Positions 38,541-52,368 of a DNA stretch of 64,000 nt are shown piece by piece. The translations under genes were made by a program, and so were the position numbers. Source of the DNA: Octopus vulgaris (Eukaryota); contig OX597831.1 of NCBI GenBank assembly GCA_951406725.2, forward strand, positions 1,426,001-1,490,000. Reading direction: 5' to 3'. Below the pieces are notes generated by a model that was given only the letters and a program-made list of their open reading frames with translations, was not told the origin of the DNA and made no database searches. Every line of letters begins with the position of its first letter. The stretch's first letter is position 1.

Positions 38541-41502
38541 GCATGCTCATATGTGTACATTCACATATATGTGTATGCACCTCTCCCTGCCACCTTACCC
38601 ATATATGTAATCAAATAAAGAAGCGACTGGAAATATTATTGTCTAGGGAGACTTTTCAGTAATTGAAATTAAATTTGTTGTGAGGTGCAGCAAACACAAA
38701 AGCTATAATTAGAAACAAATGTTTACTGTATTATTTTCTTTCATTGTGTTTTTGTTGTTTTGTTATTTTCATTGCTGCTATTGTTGCTGCTGCTGCTGCT
38801 TTTACAGGTAGATTCAATATCACAAATCTTCAACTACACACACACACACACACTCACATATACACACACATTTGCACATGCCCACACCTACACACAAATA
38901 CACAAATCAAATATTAATATCACGTCTGTCAATATATGTGGAAGCAAATGCCATGATATGTACGCTATGTGATGGAGAAAGAAGGCACGTCGTAAAGTTT
39001 GATCCGGGGATATTGAGCAGTGTAGGGTGGGTTAGCCATTTCTTTAGATTTTTCATTTGTGTTCTTTTTTGCTTTTTTTTTTTAATTTTTCGTTTTGTTT
39101 TATTTTGTTTTGTTTTACAGTAGAAAGATTGGCAATAGAAATAGGTGGAAATTATAAATAGAAGTTGTGCCGATATTCACAAATCTTGTGTTTGCATAAA
39201 TGTAATTGTTGTTTGTTGAGGCTTGAAATATTGATTTTTGTTCTTCCAAGGAGTAAAGAGCCACAGGTTTATAAGAGAGTTAGAGGATATTATATTATCT
39301 GGTGTTAATGTCTGTAGGTGAATGCCCATTCTCTTTGGCATCTGTATGTGATAAATCTCTTGTTGCACAGTCCCTCAATGGTCCGCTGTCATAGTAAGCA
39401 GAGATCATCATCATCACAATTTTAATGTCCACTTTTCGATGCATGCATGGTTCAAACAGAAGTTACTGAGGCAGATTTTCTATGGCCACATGCCTTTCCT
39501 GTTGCCAACCCTCACCTGTTTACAAGCAAGGTAATATTCCCTCATGACCAGACATGTTCATACAGACTATTAGAAATGAATGACACTACCTGTGTAACAC
39601 TGACAATCTTTTTACCGCTACCATTTAATGCCCTGATAAAGACACACAAACACATATACATTCACACACTCACATGATGAGCTTAAATCAGTTCCTATCT
39701 ACCAAATCCTCTCAAAAGGCTCTGATCAGCCTAGAGCTACAGTAGAAGACACTTGCCCCAGGTGTCATGTAGTTGGGAAGCAGACTTCTTCCACACAGCC
39801 GCACCTACACTTACATGTAAAAATTCACCCACTGCTGGATAATGGGTCTACAGTGTGTCTCATTTCACCCATACAACATTTTCTATGTTTTAAAAGCTCA
39901 CTTCACAAATATGTGGCTTTAGATTTGATCCCACTATATGGTATTATGTGTCTTGTCTTCTACTATTGCCCTGGGCCAACCAATGTACTATAAGTGAATT
40001 TAGTAGTTGGAATCTGTATTGAGCCTATTCTATGCCACCATCATTATTTTAAAATACACTTTCCAGTCCTTGCATGGGTCAAGTGGACTTTGTCGAGGCA
40101 AATTTCCTTTGGCCAGATGCCCAGCTTGTCACCAGCCTTCACTTGTTTCCATCTAAGTAATATTTTCCCATGGCCAAACATGTTTCAGAGAAGATTGGAA
40201 AGGAACAACACTGCTTGTGTGACAGTGACACTCATTTACAACTATTGTGCCATGTCAAAATGAAAATATGAAATATTCTAACACACATACACACACACTA
40301 ATTCGTATATGTAAATGCACACAATGGAGTTTTTTCAGTTTCTGTCTACCAATTCAATTCATAAAGTTTTGTTTGACCCAGGATTATTATAGAACATGCT
40401 TGTGTGTGAATCTTGGTATTTTGTTTGTTACTGTGTACAAGTAGCTGTAATAAAGTATCGAAGACCTACGGAATATAAAAATCCCTTACCTAAAAACTAG
40501 TTGACGATTGGCTTCAGCAGAGACATCTGACCATAAAATCTTGCTTGAAAATCAGTTGCCTGTCCAAGCCATGTTAGCAAAGAAGAATAGATATTAAATG
40601 AATGAATGAACTTTTGCTATGGCAGAAATTGAACTCAGTGCTGCAAGCCTGTGAATGACTCATGTTTTATCACATTACTTGTTTTATCACATTACTTAAC
40701 CAAGGCTACTTTGAAGGTTTGGTGACAAGATATGTATTAACTGACCACCTAACAGCTGTATGTTTTGATACCATATCAACTTAGTCATCTGTGTTGTTTT
40801 GTTGTTGTTGTTGTTTAGCTCTAACACTTCAGCATTTAAACTGGCTATATCTGGCCTAAGTATTCTTGTTTTATGTGCAAACTGGCTAGATCTGGCCTTT
40901 CACATTTACCTTACAATGTCAGCTAAAAATAGCAATGCATCATTGAAATCTTCAAGCTATGAGATGACTAATTCAAAATAATGTGAATAAATAAGCATTA
41001 TATTTGACAGAATAATCTGAATGCTACAGGGTTAAAGTTATAATCAAAGTTGTTTTGTCCATGGCCATCCCACCTTTTTATCCATCTGGACTACACTGTT
41101 TATGTTCACCATTGATTAATACTGTTACTACATTGCACAAAAATACCTACACCTGGTTTAAGACAGTAGTGGCTGATTTGAAGAAATTCGGTTGCTATTT
41201 CTAGCAAGTTAATCAACCATGTAGAAGTTTGTTGTAATTTAGCCCCTGATCAGTCCTAATCCAGCAGGCCTTTGATCAAAGGCTTTCCAATGGTGACCAT
41301 TCTGTCTTTTTGTGTATCTAAAACTACATTGTCGAATGTATCTTCCTCATCTAAGGTGATCATCCTGTCTTTTTGTATAGTCTTTGATTGTTATTTCTAA
41401 CATATAGAGGCTCTAGTTACTACTGCCAATGAATTGTGTTTAAAATCTTGGTTCTTTTTCATAACTACACAGCTTCAGAATTATAGTTGATGTAGGTAAT
41501 AA

Positions 41503-41697
41503 GATTCAGTGGTTCTCATTTTTTTAACAAGGACCATAACAACACAAGAAAAATGTTTATAAATGGGTTGTGAAACCTGGCCTCAAACTCCACTCAATAT
41601 GATTCAGCAATTCTCATTTTCTTCACAGGAACCATAACAACATAAGGAAAATGATTAAAACTAGGTTGTGAAACCTGGCCTCAAACTCCATACAATG
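41503..41697 (+). repeat. Two-copy 98-bp tandem duplication
   Basis: gattcag..ttctcattt...accataacaac...ggttgtgaaacctggcctcaaactcca starts at 41503 and again at 41601. Confidence 0.85.
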
Positions 41698-42062
41698 GGA
41701 GTTTTGATTTTCTCTCTTCGGGGCAGTGAATATCATTGTTTAAATTGAAATAGAGCTGGCATGATGCCAATGGCCCTTGAAACAAGAATGAGTAATTTGA
41801 CAATTTAAATATGGAGAGAATGAAGTTAGCCAATCAGTGTGAACCTCATGAAATATAAAATCTCCAAGTTCTGTTATCATTAGTGAGAAGCTATTATTCA
41901 CATAGGATATTTTGGAAGTAATCCAACAACCACAGTAACAAAAGTGATAAACCTTCCACTATACAAACTCTTATATTATCTGTATTCTCTTTAGCATATG
42001 AAGATATTCCAAGTAGTCGTCAACAAATAATAACCATGATATATATGCTTTTATTCTTTTAC

Positions 42063-42111
<49 letters not shown>

Positions 42112-43030
42112 AGTTACTACGAGTATGACTTATGCTGGGGCACCAGATATCAAAATTTTAGTCAGATTATATCACTCCCAGTTCTTGTCTGGTACATAAG
42201 AGAGAAAAGGCAAAGTTGACCGTGGCATGTAGGGATATAACTTTGGAAAAAATAGAACAAAATAGTTATTGCTTGACATTGGTTCCTTCATCCCTCATAG
42301 ACACACACACACACAACCAATGAGATTCTGCACAAATTTTGTTCAGAATTCTTTGATTGACTCAAAGCCATGATAGAAGTTCCATGCCGAAAGTGCTGCC
42401 TAGTAGGATTGAACTAGGAATCATGTGGTTACTTTTTAACCATGTGACCAAAGCTCCTGTTCATATGATTTTTTTTTTAAATAAGACAAGAGAACAATAG
42501 TGGTAAAATCTTTTTAGTTTTTCTCTGGAAGCATTATTATTTAAATATATTCAAAGAACTCAAATGAAAACCACTAGAATGAATGTTAGTCAACATTGTA
42601 GCCTTAATAAGCTCTAATCATGAAATGAAATATCTAAAATAAATTGTTAAATGTAAACAATAGCAGTTTCATTATTATAAGTTCAGAAATGTATAACTGC
42701 AGCTAAAAAATAAGCAGGGTCTGACATTCAAATCAACCAATAAATATTTTTTTATCATTGTTATTTTTGAGAATAAATAAACTATAAAATTGCTTAAAGA
42801 ATAGTTCTTACATACTGAAATAATTCATTACAAACAAGTTAGTTGTATCTCAGTTTATTAAAAAAATTTTGAAAAATAAATATAAAAAAAAGTAGTCTAA
42901 AGAACTAGTGGTGGTTTGAGTCAGAAAAAATTATTTTGCATAATTTGGAAATTTATATAAGTTTGTGTATGCTGGAGAGATGCAAACAATGAGGTTTCAA
43001 AGAAGCTGTTCATCAGAAAGGAAAAGATTT

Positions 43031-43479
43031 TTAAACCCCCTTTTCCTTCCATATTTCTGTTGAAATACATGGCCTTTGTTTAACCCTTTTGATACCAACC
43101 TGCATGAGACCACTCCTAGTTCTATAATATAAATTCCATGATGAAATAACCTAAATTATATTCATTCCATCAAAATTCTATGTTAATTTATGTTCCAAAC
43201 ACCAGCTTAATAATGGCAAAATTACTTTACTAAATTCTTAATTATTTTCAAATAATTAAGAATACTTGAAACAAAGACAGTAGAAATATGGTAACAGAAA
43301 AGTTAAATTGGTTTTGAAAAAAATGCAGCAAAATAACTTTGTCATTGTTAGACTAGAGTTTGGAATATAACTTATCGTAGAATTTTGACAGAAAGCTTTA
43401 ATTTAGATTATTTTAAAGCAAGGGGTTTGTATCATAGAACCAAGGGTTGTCTTAGAAAGGTTGATATAAAAAAAAGGGT
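43031..43479. mobile_element. MITE family B copy containing an inverted family B copy (43084-43302)
   Basis: Outer element is interrupted at gtTTAA; the inner element is bounded by TTAA at 43080-43083 and 43303-43306; outer sequence resumes afterwards. Confidence 0.75.
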
Positions 43480-43607
43480 CCCATGTTCATGTAGCACTAA
43501 AAATAAACTAATCCAAATTTGCAATAAACTAAGATTAAAATGACATTACAGCAATAAGCAACAAAATAATAAAAATAATAATAATAATAATGATAATAAT
43601 AATAATA

Positions 43608-44150
43608 GGTACCGGGTGTTTGGTACCAACATACACCAGAAAAGGTAATGGTTGGAAAGGGGAAGGCAAAAATCCTCTGGGACTTTGACTTCCACACACA
43701 CAATGGTTACTATATCCGAAGGCTGGATATAGTAATCTTTAGGAGGGACAAACAAGAGTGCCTAATAATTGACATGGCAGTACCGGGAGATCAACGTATT
43801 ACCATGAAAGAAACAGAAAAGATTGATAAATATGGAAACCTGAGAATCGAGATTGTCAAGATGTGGCAGTTACAAGAAGGTTATCCCTGTTGTCCCTAAA
43901 GGTTGTCTCTGTTGTCATTGGAGAATTGGGTTCAATACCACCCAACCTGAAGAAATGTCTGGAAACTTTAGAAATGCACTACAATCTAGATGTATTGCAA
44001 AAATTGGCATTACTTGGAACTGCACACATATTGTGTAAAGTAGCCTGTCTGTCTGAGGTCTTCGTTGCGGCTTCACAGATGGTATAACCCCCAGTAGACA
44101 CAATATCTTCAATCACAACATCATGATATTTGATACTGTGCAACGTCTTC
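43608..44150 (+). mobile_element. 5'-truncated R4/Dong-clade non-LTR retrotransposon (RLE domain plus 3' UTR) in (TAA)n
   Basis: WYQHTPEKV..AKILWDFDFHT..RRLDIVIFRRDKQECLIIDMAVPGD..KETEKIDKYGNLRIEIVKMW / KVVSVVIGELGSIPPNL..LQKLALLGTAHIL; (AAT)n on both sides. Confidence 0.85.
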
Positions 44151-45654
44151 AATAATAAGAAATAATACTTTCTTATTTAGATACAAGGCCAGCAATTTTT
44201 ATGGAAGGAGGTTAGTTGTTGCTATTAGCCCTAGTGCCTTACTGGTACTTTTTTATCAACCCTGGAAAGATAAAAGGCAAAGTTGACCCTGACAGGATTT
44301 GAGCTCAGAATGTAAAGAGTTGGAACAAATACTGCAAAGCATTCTTTCCAACACTAACAGTTTTGCCACAATAATGAAATTAATTATATGGGATTAATGT
44401 GATTGTTAGGAAGGTGAGCTGTCTACAGGTTTGAGGTGTTGGATTGGTACCATGGCTACATTCACTGTTGGATAAACTGGTGATTTTTCTTTTTTCTTTT
44501 CTCTTCAGTCTTTTTCATTTCACAGTTCACTGAAAAAGACACTAAAACTGTCATGGTTCTCCATCAGCTTGAAAGTTTTATGGTATAAAAAAAAAAATGA
44601 ATAGCAAAATTAAGCATGCATTTTAGATGCATGAGTGCATCTAATTTAATGCAGTGAACGTTAAAAAGTTAATTAGAAATAATTAATATTGTGCAGTAAA
44701 AAAGGAATAACAATATTAGTCAATGACTATTATTATCATATTTTTAATAAGTAGAAGAGAGGAGATAACTTTAGACATGCTTCTATATTATTCTGGCCTC
44801 ATCAGTGAAGCATTGCCTTCATTTTGTTTGCAGAAATAGTAATGAAATAATCACTCTCTAACTTGCTCATCCAAACTCAGTAGCAGATGCATGTGCTCTC
44901 TCCATCCTTTGAGTAAGTGTTTCCAGCTGTATTCAGACCGTCATTGATTGACTGCCACCCCTGGCTGAACTGTGTGAGACACATAAGCCTCCCAATAACC
45001 AAATGTGTTTCTGTTGCTGCTAACACACACATGCATGCATGTGTGTGTGTGTTTTGTGCACTAGCAATTATATATGATTATGATTTGATTTTTTCTAATG
45101 TTTTAAGAGTTGAAAAGTTCAGCTCTTGACGAAAACTGAAGCAGAACAACCTTTCAGTTTGTTTGGTATTTTTTAATCTCTTTTTTTTTTTCTATCATAT
45201 TACCAACATTTTTTGTGAATTACATTATCAATATCATCATCATTGTCTTGTTTCATATTTATTTTCATTAGGTATTGCGTTTCATTGATCATTAGAATAG
45301 TATTTCTTCTATCAAATATATAATGAGGAGGTAGAGAAATATCAAAGATGAAAATGAGAAGATGGGGTGATGGCAAGAGTGTTTACATATGTCTATAATT
45401 AAATCTTTCATGTGTTGATTTCTTACATTGCTGTCAGGCCTCAGACCTATAACATCAAGGTAATTAAGATTGTATGTAATGATGATGATGATGTTCATAA
45501 ATGTTCCAGAGACATATCTCTATGTTTGCTGTCTTAGAAATGTGCACCCAAGAAGCAAGAATTTGCTTTGCGGTTGTAGCACTATCACTGAGATATCTTT
45601 TGCATGAACTTTCAGAATCAGCATACATTTGTTAATAGGTAATCCTGATAATGG

Positions 45655-45740
45655 TGATTTTAGAAAGTCATGCAGCCACTCTCCAAGTTTTCTGCCTATG
45701 CCAAGATCACACAGTTTGTGACATATCATACCATGATATA
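45655..45740 (-). pseudogene. Short CR1-type RT fragment
   Basis: HGMICHKLCDLGIGRKLGEWLHDFLK resembles CR1 RT HxxLxxKLxxxGIxGxLxxWIxxFL. Confidence 0.6.
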
Positions 45741-46029
45741 TAATATATAGGAGTGGCTTATAGGCGCAAGAGTGGCTGTGTGGTAAATAGATTGCTTACC
45801 AAACACATGGTTCCAGGTTCAGTCCCATTGCCTGGTACCTTAGGGAAGTGTCTTCTACTATAGCCTCAGGCCGACCAAAGCCTTGTGAGTGGATTTTATA
45901 GATGGAAACTGAAAGAAGCCTGTCATATATATATATATATATATAAAATCAGAAAAAAAACACACCTTTTATCAATTTCCTTGTAAGTTTTGGATTTTAT
46001 TCCCTCAAATAATAATTATATATATATAT

Positions 46030-47520
46030 GATATAAACCCCATTCTCTGTGTATGTGTTTAAAAGATTATAATGGCCTTATTTTTCAACTGATTTGCTCC
46101 AAACTGGGAACATACATTACTTTGTTACAGGAATGGTTTTAGACTCTTAAAATTTTTCACATAGTGAGTAACAGGCCCTCTGGGGGTAGAAAACAGCTGT
46201 TCCTGGATTACGTGGAGAAGGGAAATAACTCTTTGTGAAGTAACTTTCAGAAATTTATTGCCTCCCTTACATCCATTGGTCATAAAAAAAATTTTTAATA
46301 TTGCTTTTTATATTAGTTTCACGTCTTTGAAAGTTTTTAAAAATATTTACTTCTGGTTTTCGAGCATCAGTAATGTCTATATCTCTTTATCCTTCTCTCT
46401 ATCTATCTCTATGTATCTATCTGTCTATATCTTATCTATCTATATCTTATTTCCTAACTAGCTAGCTCTCTCTATTGTTTTCACTTTCATTTTTCAGATT
46501 CTATTGTTTTCACTTTAAGTTCAAGTGCTATTGTTTTTACTGTAAGTTTTCAATCACTCTTTACAAACAACAATAACAATTTACTGACAGAAAGTTCACA
46601 ATCACTGATGAAAGTAATTTCATAACTTTTACTTAGTTAATTTCCCTAAAAATTTCTTATTTACTTTTGCAACAGTTTTGTGCATTTTCTGTTGTTAACA
46701 GCCTATTTCTGGTTCCTTCAATACTGGCTCTTTGATTCACTGACAAATTTCGCTTCAACCCGTACAATTATTTACTTTCTGCCCACCGTATTAAGAAATA
46801 TAATTTCTGTTACCCAGTTATTTTCATTGTTTACTATTTTCTGCACCTGTCTATTTCTGTATGTATATAACTGTGCCTAGAAGGAAAGTGTCAAATTTGT
46901 CTACAATGTCAAGGTCAGCCAAAAGAATATCTCTATCCAAAGAAAGAGAGACAGCTGCAGAAAGAGAAGCATACTAAGAAACAGACAGTCTGTGCACTAC
47001 AAAAGCCAGAGCATCTCAAAATGATGAACAGAAGGATGTATGGCTGACAAGGAATAGGATCTTCACTGCAGAACAAAGGACAGTTGCAACAGTTCGGAGA
47101 AGCAACTTCTATGAAGCAGCTTTCAATTATGATCCAGCAGTTCATTATGCAGATGGCACTAGAGTTTCCATTGGCACAATGACAACTGAGTGCATACATT
47201 GTAAAGCAAGGAAGTGGCCTGGAGAGACACTTGCACTGTGCTGCATTGGTGGAAAGGTTAAACTCCCTGCAATCCCCCAACCTCCAGAGCCATTGAAGAA
47301 ACTGTTGTCTTCAACTGACCAAGATTCCAAGCACTTCCAAAACAAAATTAGACAAAACAATGCTGCACTACAGATGACATCATTTGGAGCTACAAGAGAT
47401 TTAACCGAGCCAGGATTCATGCAAACTTTCAAGATCCAAGGTCAGATTTATTATCGGATTGGCTCTCTACTACCTCTGTCAAATGAATCACTAAAATCGG
47501 TCTTTCATTGTTTATAATCT
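46030..47520 (+). mobile_element. Helitron 5' remnant with decayed Rep/helicase N-terminus (ORF remnant 46873-47517)
   Basis: (V)PRRKVSNLSTMSRSAKR...AAFNYDP...IGTMTTECIHCKARKWPGETLALCCIGGKVKLP..PPEPLKKLL..SKHFQNKIRQNNAALQMTSFGA..FKIQGQIYYRIGSLLP is the hallmark Helitron N-terminal zinc region; upstream non-coding leader with ~28-bp subrepeats at 46471-46545. Confidence 0.85.
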
Positions 47521-47587
47521 GTACCTGTTTTTTTTGGTTATGAAATAGACCACACAAAATGTGTGTTTTGAATTACATGAATTTACT

Positions 47588-47636
47588 TTATATACATATA
47601 TTAGATGATACGTACGTATGTATGTATATGTATGTA

Positions 47637-47667
<31 letters not shown>

Positions 47668-47894
47668 GTGTGTATGTATGTGTTTGTATATGTATGTGTG
47701 TGTATGTATATATATATATGTGTGTGTGTATGAATGTATGTATATATATTTGTATATATATGTATGTGTGTATGTATATATATATGTATGTGTGTATGTA
47801 TATATATATGTATGTGTATGAATGTATGTATATATATATGTGTATGTATAAGATATATATGTGTATGTATAAGATATATATATGTGTATGTATA

Positions 47895-47946
<52 letters not shown>

Positions 47947-47978
47947 ATATGTATAATATATATATATGCATACATACA
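47588..47978. repeat. Compound (TA)/(TATG)/(TG) microsatellite
   Basis: Directly visible. Confidence 0.95.
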
Positions 47979-48189
47979 ATGGAGTTCCACTCTATTTCCA
48001 TCCACCAAATTCACTCACATGGCATTGGTTGGCCTGAGGCCATGTAGTGAAACTGAACTCAAGAGCAGGTGGTTGCAAAGAGAGCTTTCTAATCACACAG
48101 CCATGCTTGCACCTTCATTATTTTTGTTTTGTATATTTTTCCCTGCATAATGTTTCACTTCTTAGCCTTTATTTTTTTCTTGATTGAGT

Positions 48190-48592
48190 GTTGTAGATGT
48201 GTTGAGGTTGGAGTATTGAAAGATATTGCGAAGCTTGGAGAGTTGAGGTGTGTTTTGAGGCTGACGTATTGGGGACTTTAGTGAGGCTGGTATGTAGTGG
48301 GGGGGGGGGACTGTCTGGTGCATGAGTGGGAGATTGAGGAGTATTGTGGCGCTGGTTTGTTGGAGTCTCTTGTGAGGCTGAAGTGTCGAGGTCTGTTTTT
48401 GTAAAGGCTGATGTGTTACAGGGTATTGTGAGTCTTGTATGTTAAGAAGTATTATGAGACTGGAGTGATGGGAAGGAACTGGGCATGAGGCTGGAGCAAC
48501 GATTGGGAGTGAGCTTGAAGTATTGGTGTGTTGGGAGGCAGAAGTGCTTGGAATATTGTGAAGCTGGAGTGTTATGAGGCTGGAGTGATGTC
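48190..48592 (+). repeat. Degenerate ~25-30-bp minisatellite (consensus-like gtattgtgaggctggagtgttggga)
   Basis: The motif tgaggctg/tgagactg/tgaagctg preceded by tattg recurs more than 10 times. Confidence 0.6.
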
Positions 48593-49862
48593 GTGCGGTT
48601 CCTAAGTTTGGTTATTATCAGACAAGAATGCCAGGATATTGATATGTTGGGGTAAATTTAGTATCTCTTGATGCAGCAAAATAGCTTCTTCAATCATTGT
48701 CTAAACTTAATGAAAAATTAATGATTTCTTTGTTTCTCTGACTCTCCATGTCACACACATTCACTGTGTGTGTGTGTGCACGCGCATGCATGTATGTGCA
48801 TATGTATTTGCAGATGCGTGTCTATGTTTGTGTGCCTGTGCGTTTGTCTCTGTCTCTTTCCCCTCTCTCTGTCTCTCTGCATTTGCTTCTCTTCTCCCCT
48901 TCTGTCTTCGTGTGTATGTGTATTTTTATAGATGGGTGTCTCTGATTCGTGGGTGTGTGTATGCGTCTGTGTGTGAAGTATGAATGAGAAGAGCTGGTAT
49001 TATATTTATATATGCTGTGTTGTATTGTCTGTGTAGGAGCTTGCTGTGTGCATGCATTATATATGTGTGAGTGTATTATATATGTGTGTGTGTGAGTGTG
49101 TGTGTGCATATGTATATGTGGTAGGGGTGATGGTGGGGACCTCTTGCACTGCAGTAGAACTATAAATGAAAACTTTCCAGGCAATTTTGAAGTGGGGAAT
49201 GAAAACTAAAAGACTCGTTGCAGAGAGTGGAGATGTGGATAGAGGAGCAAGATGTGCGTGTGTGAGAGAGAGAGAGAGAATAAGAGAGTGGGAGGATGGG
49301 AGGGGCGGGAATGTATATGGGGGTGATGTGGGGGTGGAAGAGAAAAACAGATAACACTTCTCAATGGAATTGGAAATAGATTGGATAAAATCACGTAAAA
49401 TAAAAATTTGAATTAATAATAGTGACATAACAAGAACAACAACAACATTAGTAATAATAATGATTTCTTTAAGTAATAATAATAGTAATAATATTAATTG
49501 TTTTTTACTTGTTTGTTTTTTTTTGTTTTTTCGTTTTTTTGCTAATATAACTAAAATAGTAATTTTCCACATTGGCACAAAACCAGAAATATATAGTAGA
49601 ATACAGTGGATTAAATTGACCCCAGTGAATGTCTGTTATTTATGTATGCTGTTGTTTAGCCCCAGATCAGTTCTGTTTCAAAAGAGTTCCAGCCATGATC
49701 ATCCTGTCTTCTTTGGGGACATTTATTGTATTTTTGCCTTATTTTCAAACACTAGGTTGTGATCTTTGAAGGATTTGGTTAATGTTTCTAGTATATCACA
49801 GTGCCATGTAGTGGCTCTTCAATTTGCTTGACTTTTATTTTGCCCACAACCAAAACAAAAAC

Positions 49863-49909
<47 letters not shown>

Positions 49910-50439
49910 GGCAAAGACCCAAAATGTTAGCTTCTTTATCCTTCAAAGCAACTGAACTTACTGATACCTATGAGGTATAAACTTGGAAGATCACAACAGA
50001 CAGGGCTAAATACTGGAAGATATTTCATTTGATAATTTATTATTATCAAAGTAGGCAACTACTTTAATAAAATTGTTGTTGTTATTATTTAGCAGGGCAG
50101 CAAACATGCAAATTTGTTAATGTTGAAAAAAATGCTTTGCAATATTTTTTTCTGGCTCTTTAAATTCTGAGTTCAGATCCTGCTGTAATTTTGTTTGTTT
50201 TCTTGCAAGGAAGCATCACCATCTTGTAACTGGTGTCATTCATTTTCCATCTTCCATGGAAACATGGCCAGCCACGGAGAAATATTACCTTGAAAACAGG
50301 TGGGGATTGATGACAAGAAGGACATCCAACTGGAGAAACTCTGCTTCAGTGAAATCTATCAGACCTATGCAAACATGTGAAGTGAACAGATGTTGAAATA
50401 ATGCAGTAATTTTATTATTTTCTTGGGCAGAACATGTTA

Positions 50440-50681
50440 TTCTCTACCTGCGACGATTTCATCTCAATCGAAGGAGAGGAGCTTTCTCCGTCCGGGTTGC
50501 GGATCCGTGGAACAAGCTGCCAGACGAGATGGTGAAGATGCCGACGACCGCTTTGTTCAAAGCCTCCCTTGACCTCAAGTGGCCTGAACTCTTTACATGA
50601 ACACCACCCTGTACTTAACTCCATGTCCCCCTACATGGCCTTGCTATTTGCTTTTGAGCCAAATTAACTAACTAACTAACT
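50440..50681 (+). mobile_element. Young 5'-truncated CR1 LINE (ORF2 C-terminus, 3' UTR, (TAAC)n tail)
   Basis: 50442-50600 reads LYLRRFHLNRRRGAFSVRVADPWNKLPDEMVKMPTTALFKASLDLKWPELFT* (CR1 FSxRVVxxWNxLP..FKxxLD motif); atgtta direct repeat at 50434-50439 and 50682-50687. Confidence 0.85.
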
Positions 50682-51972
50682 ATGTTACCATAGTTAACCA
50701 GATTGTTTAATGCAAGCACAGGCATCATTTTTCAAGAAGCAGGCCACATGAGACATGGCTCATTGTCAGGCAGGCCAATTTACTGTATATGTATGAATGT
50801 CAGTCATGGATTATGAATCACTAAAGTTTTAAGTATTTATGAGACTAGATTATGAAGTTGATACATTCAGTCTGGTCTAGCTCAGTCCTAAGCAAAACAT
50901 GGAGTTGTCCAGGACTAGAGTTATATAAGTGGATATGCGTGAGCAACATGATCTAGTCCTCTTAGCCCTGTGATGAAAAGCATATGTCTTTTTTTTTTTT
51001 TTTTTGTATTTTCCCTGCAGGCATTGTGAATATTTAAGACTCTTTTGTCAAATGTGTCCTTTGTTTTTAAAATAGCTGGGAGTTATATAAGGGGCACTTG
51101 GTTACTACTTTTAATGAACTGTCTTATATTTGGTCTTATATCTCTGCATAGTAGGATCTAAAAACTAAATGTGTATCCATGGAATTATGAAGTAGCCGGA
51201 TGACATTGTTCAATCTGATCTAGCTTCTCAGCATTGTCCAAATTGAGTATAGTTCCATAACTCATATCTAGCATAGTTTATATGCTGAAGTAAAAAGAGA
51301 ATTCTGACAGTTCAGGTCAAACCTGCTGTCTAAAGGGGAAAAAAATCAATGCTTTTAAAACCCTTCAGCATTCACATTACTCTGTCAAATGTAATGTTTA
51401 TTCATTCTTATTGTTTTTAATTAATCGTGCATTATCTCATAACTTTGAGATTCCGATAATATGAATTTTTACTTTTAGAATGACATTCTAGGATAGGTGT
51501 GAGAGGCCAGATCTGGCTGGTTCAAACATAAAACAGAATTATAGGGTTGAATATGGCTGGTTCAGATACTAAAGGATTAAAGAAAGAATACTCTACATCA
51601 TACAAACTTTAAAGAAAAAAGCATATAAGGTGACAGATTAGAAGAACTGTTAGAGCAGCAGCGGAATAACTTGCAGTATTTGTTCCAGCTCTTTACATTG
51701 AGTTCATATTTTGTCAAGATCAAATTTGTCTTTCATTGATCTGGGCTTCATGAAGTAAAGTACCAGTCCAAGAGGACTGAGGAGCAGAAATATTTGAACA
51801 TGGGTAAAAACTGCCTTGCAGTATTAACTCTGACTGTCTGTGTTCTGAGTTGACTTGCAATGACATTGGTGCCAAGCTGAATCAGTACCGACCTTTCCTT
51901 TGGACTACATTGGTGATGGGGGAGAGACTTGCTGCTTGGGCAATTACTGGTCTTTCATGAAAAGAGTAAGTT

Positions 51973-52368
51973 CAGGAGTGGCTGTGTGGTAAGTAGCTTG
52001 CTTACCAACCATATGGTTCCGGGTTCATTCCCACTGCATGGCACCTTGGGCAAGTGTCTTCTACTATAGCCTCGGGCCGACCAAAACCTTGTGAGTGGAT
52101 TTGGTAGATGAAAACTGAAGGAAGCCCGTAGTATAATGTGTATATAAATATGTATGTGTGTGTATATGTTCGTGTGTCTGTGTTTGTACCCCCACCATCG
52201 CTTGACAACTGATGGTGGTGTGTTTATGTCCCCATAACTTAGCAGTTCAGCAAAAGGGACCGATAGAATAAGTACTAGGCTTACAAAGAATAAGTCCTGG
52301 GGTCGATTTGCTCAACTAAAGGCAGTGCTTCAGCATGGCTACAGTCAAATGACTGAAACAAGTAAGAG
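51973..52368 (+). mobile_element. SINE family A, full-length copy
   Basis: Colinear with the 21837 copy. Confidence 0.85.

Noticed and set aside
47179-47517. Functional zinc-finger host gene
   Set aside because: It is the N-terminal part of a Helitron Rep/helicase with upstream stops and frameshifts, truncated just before a microsatellite.
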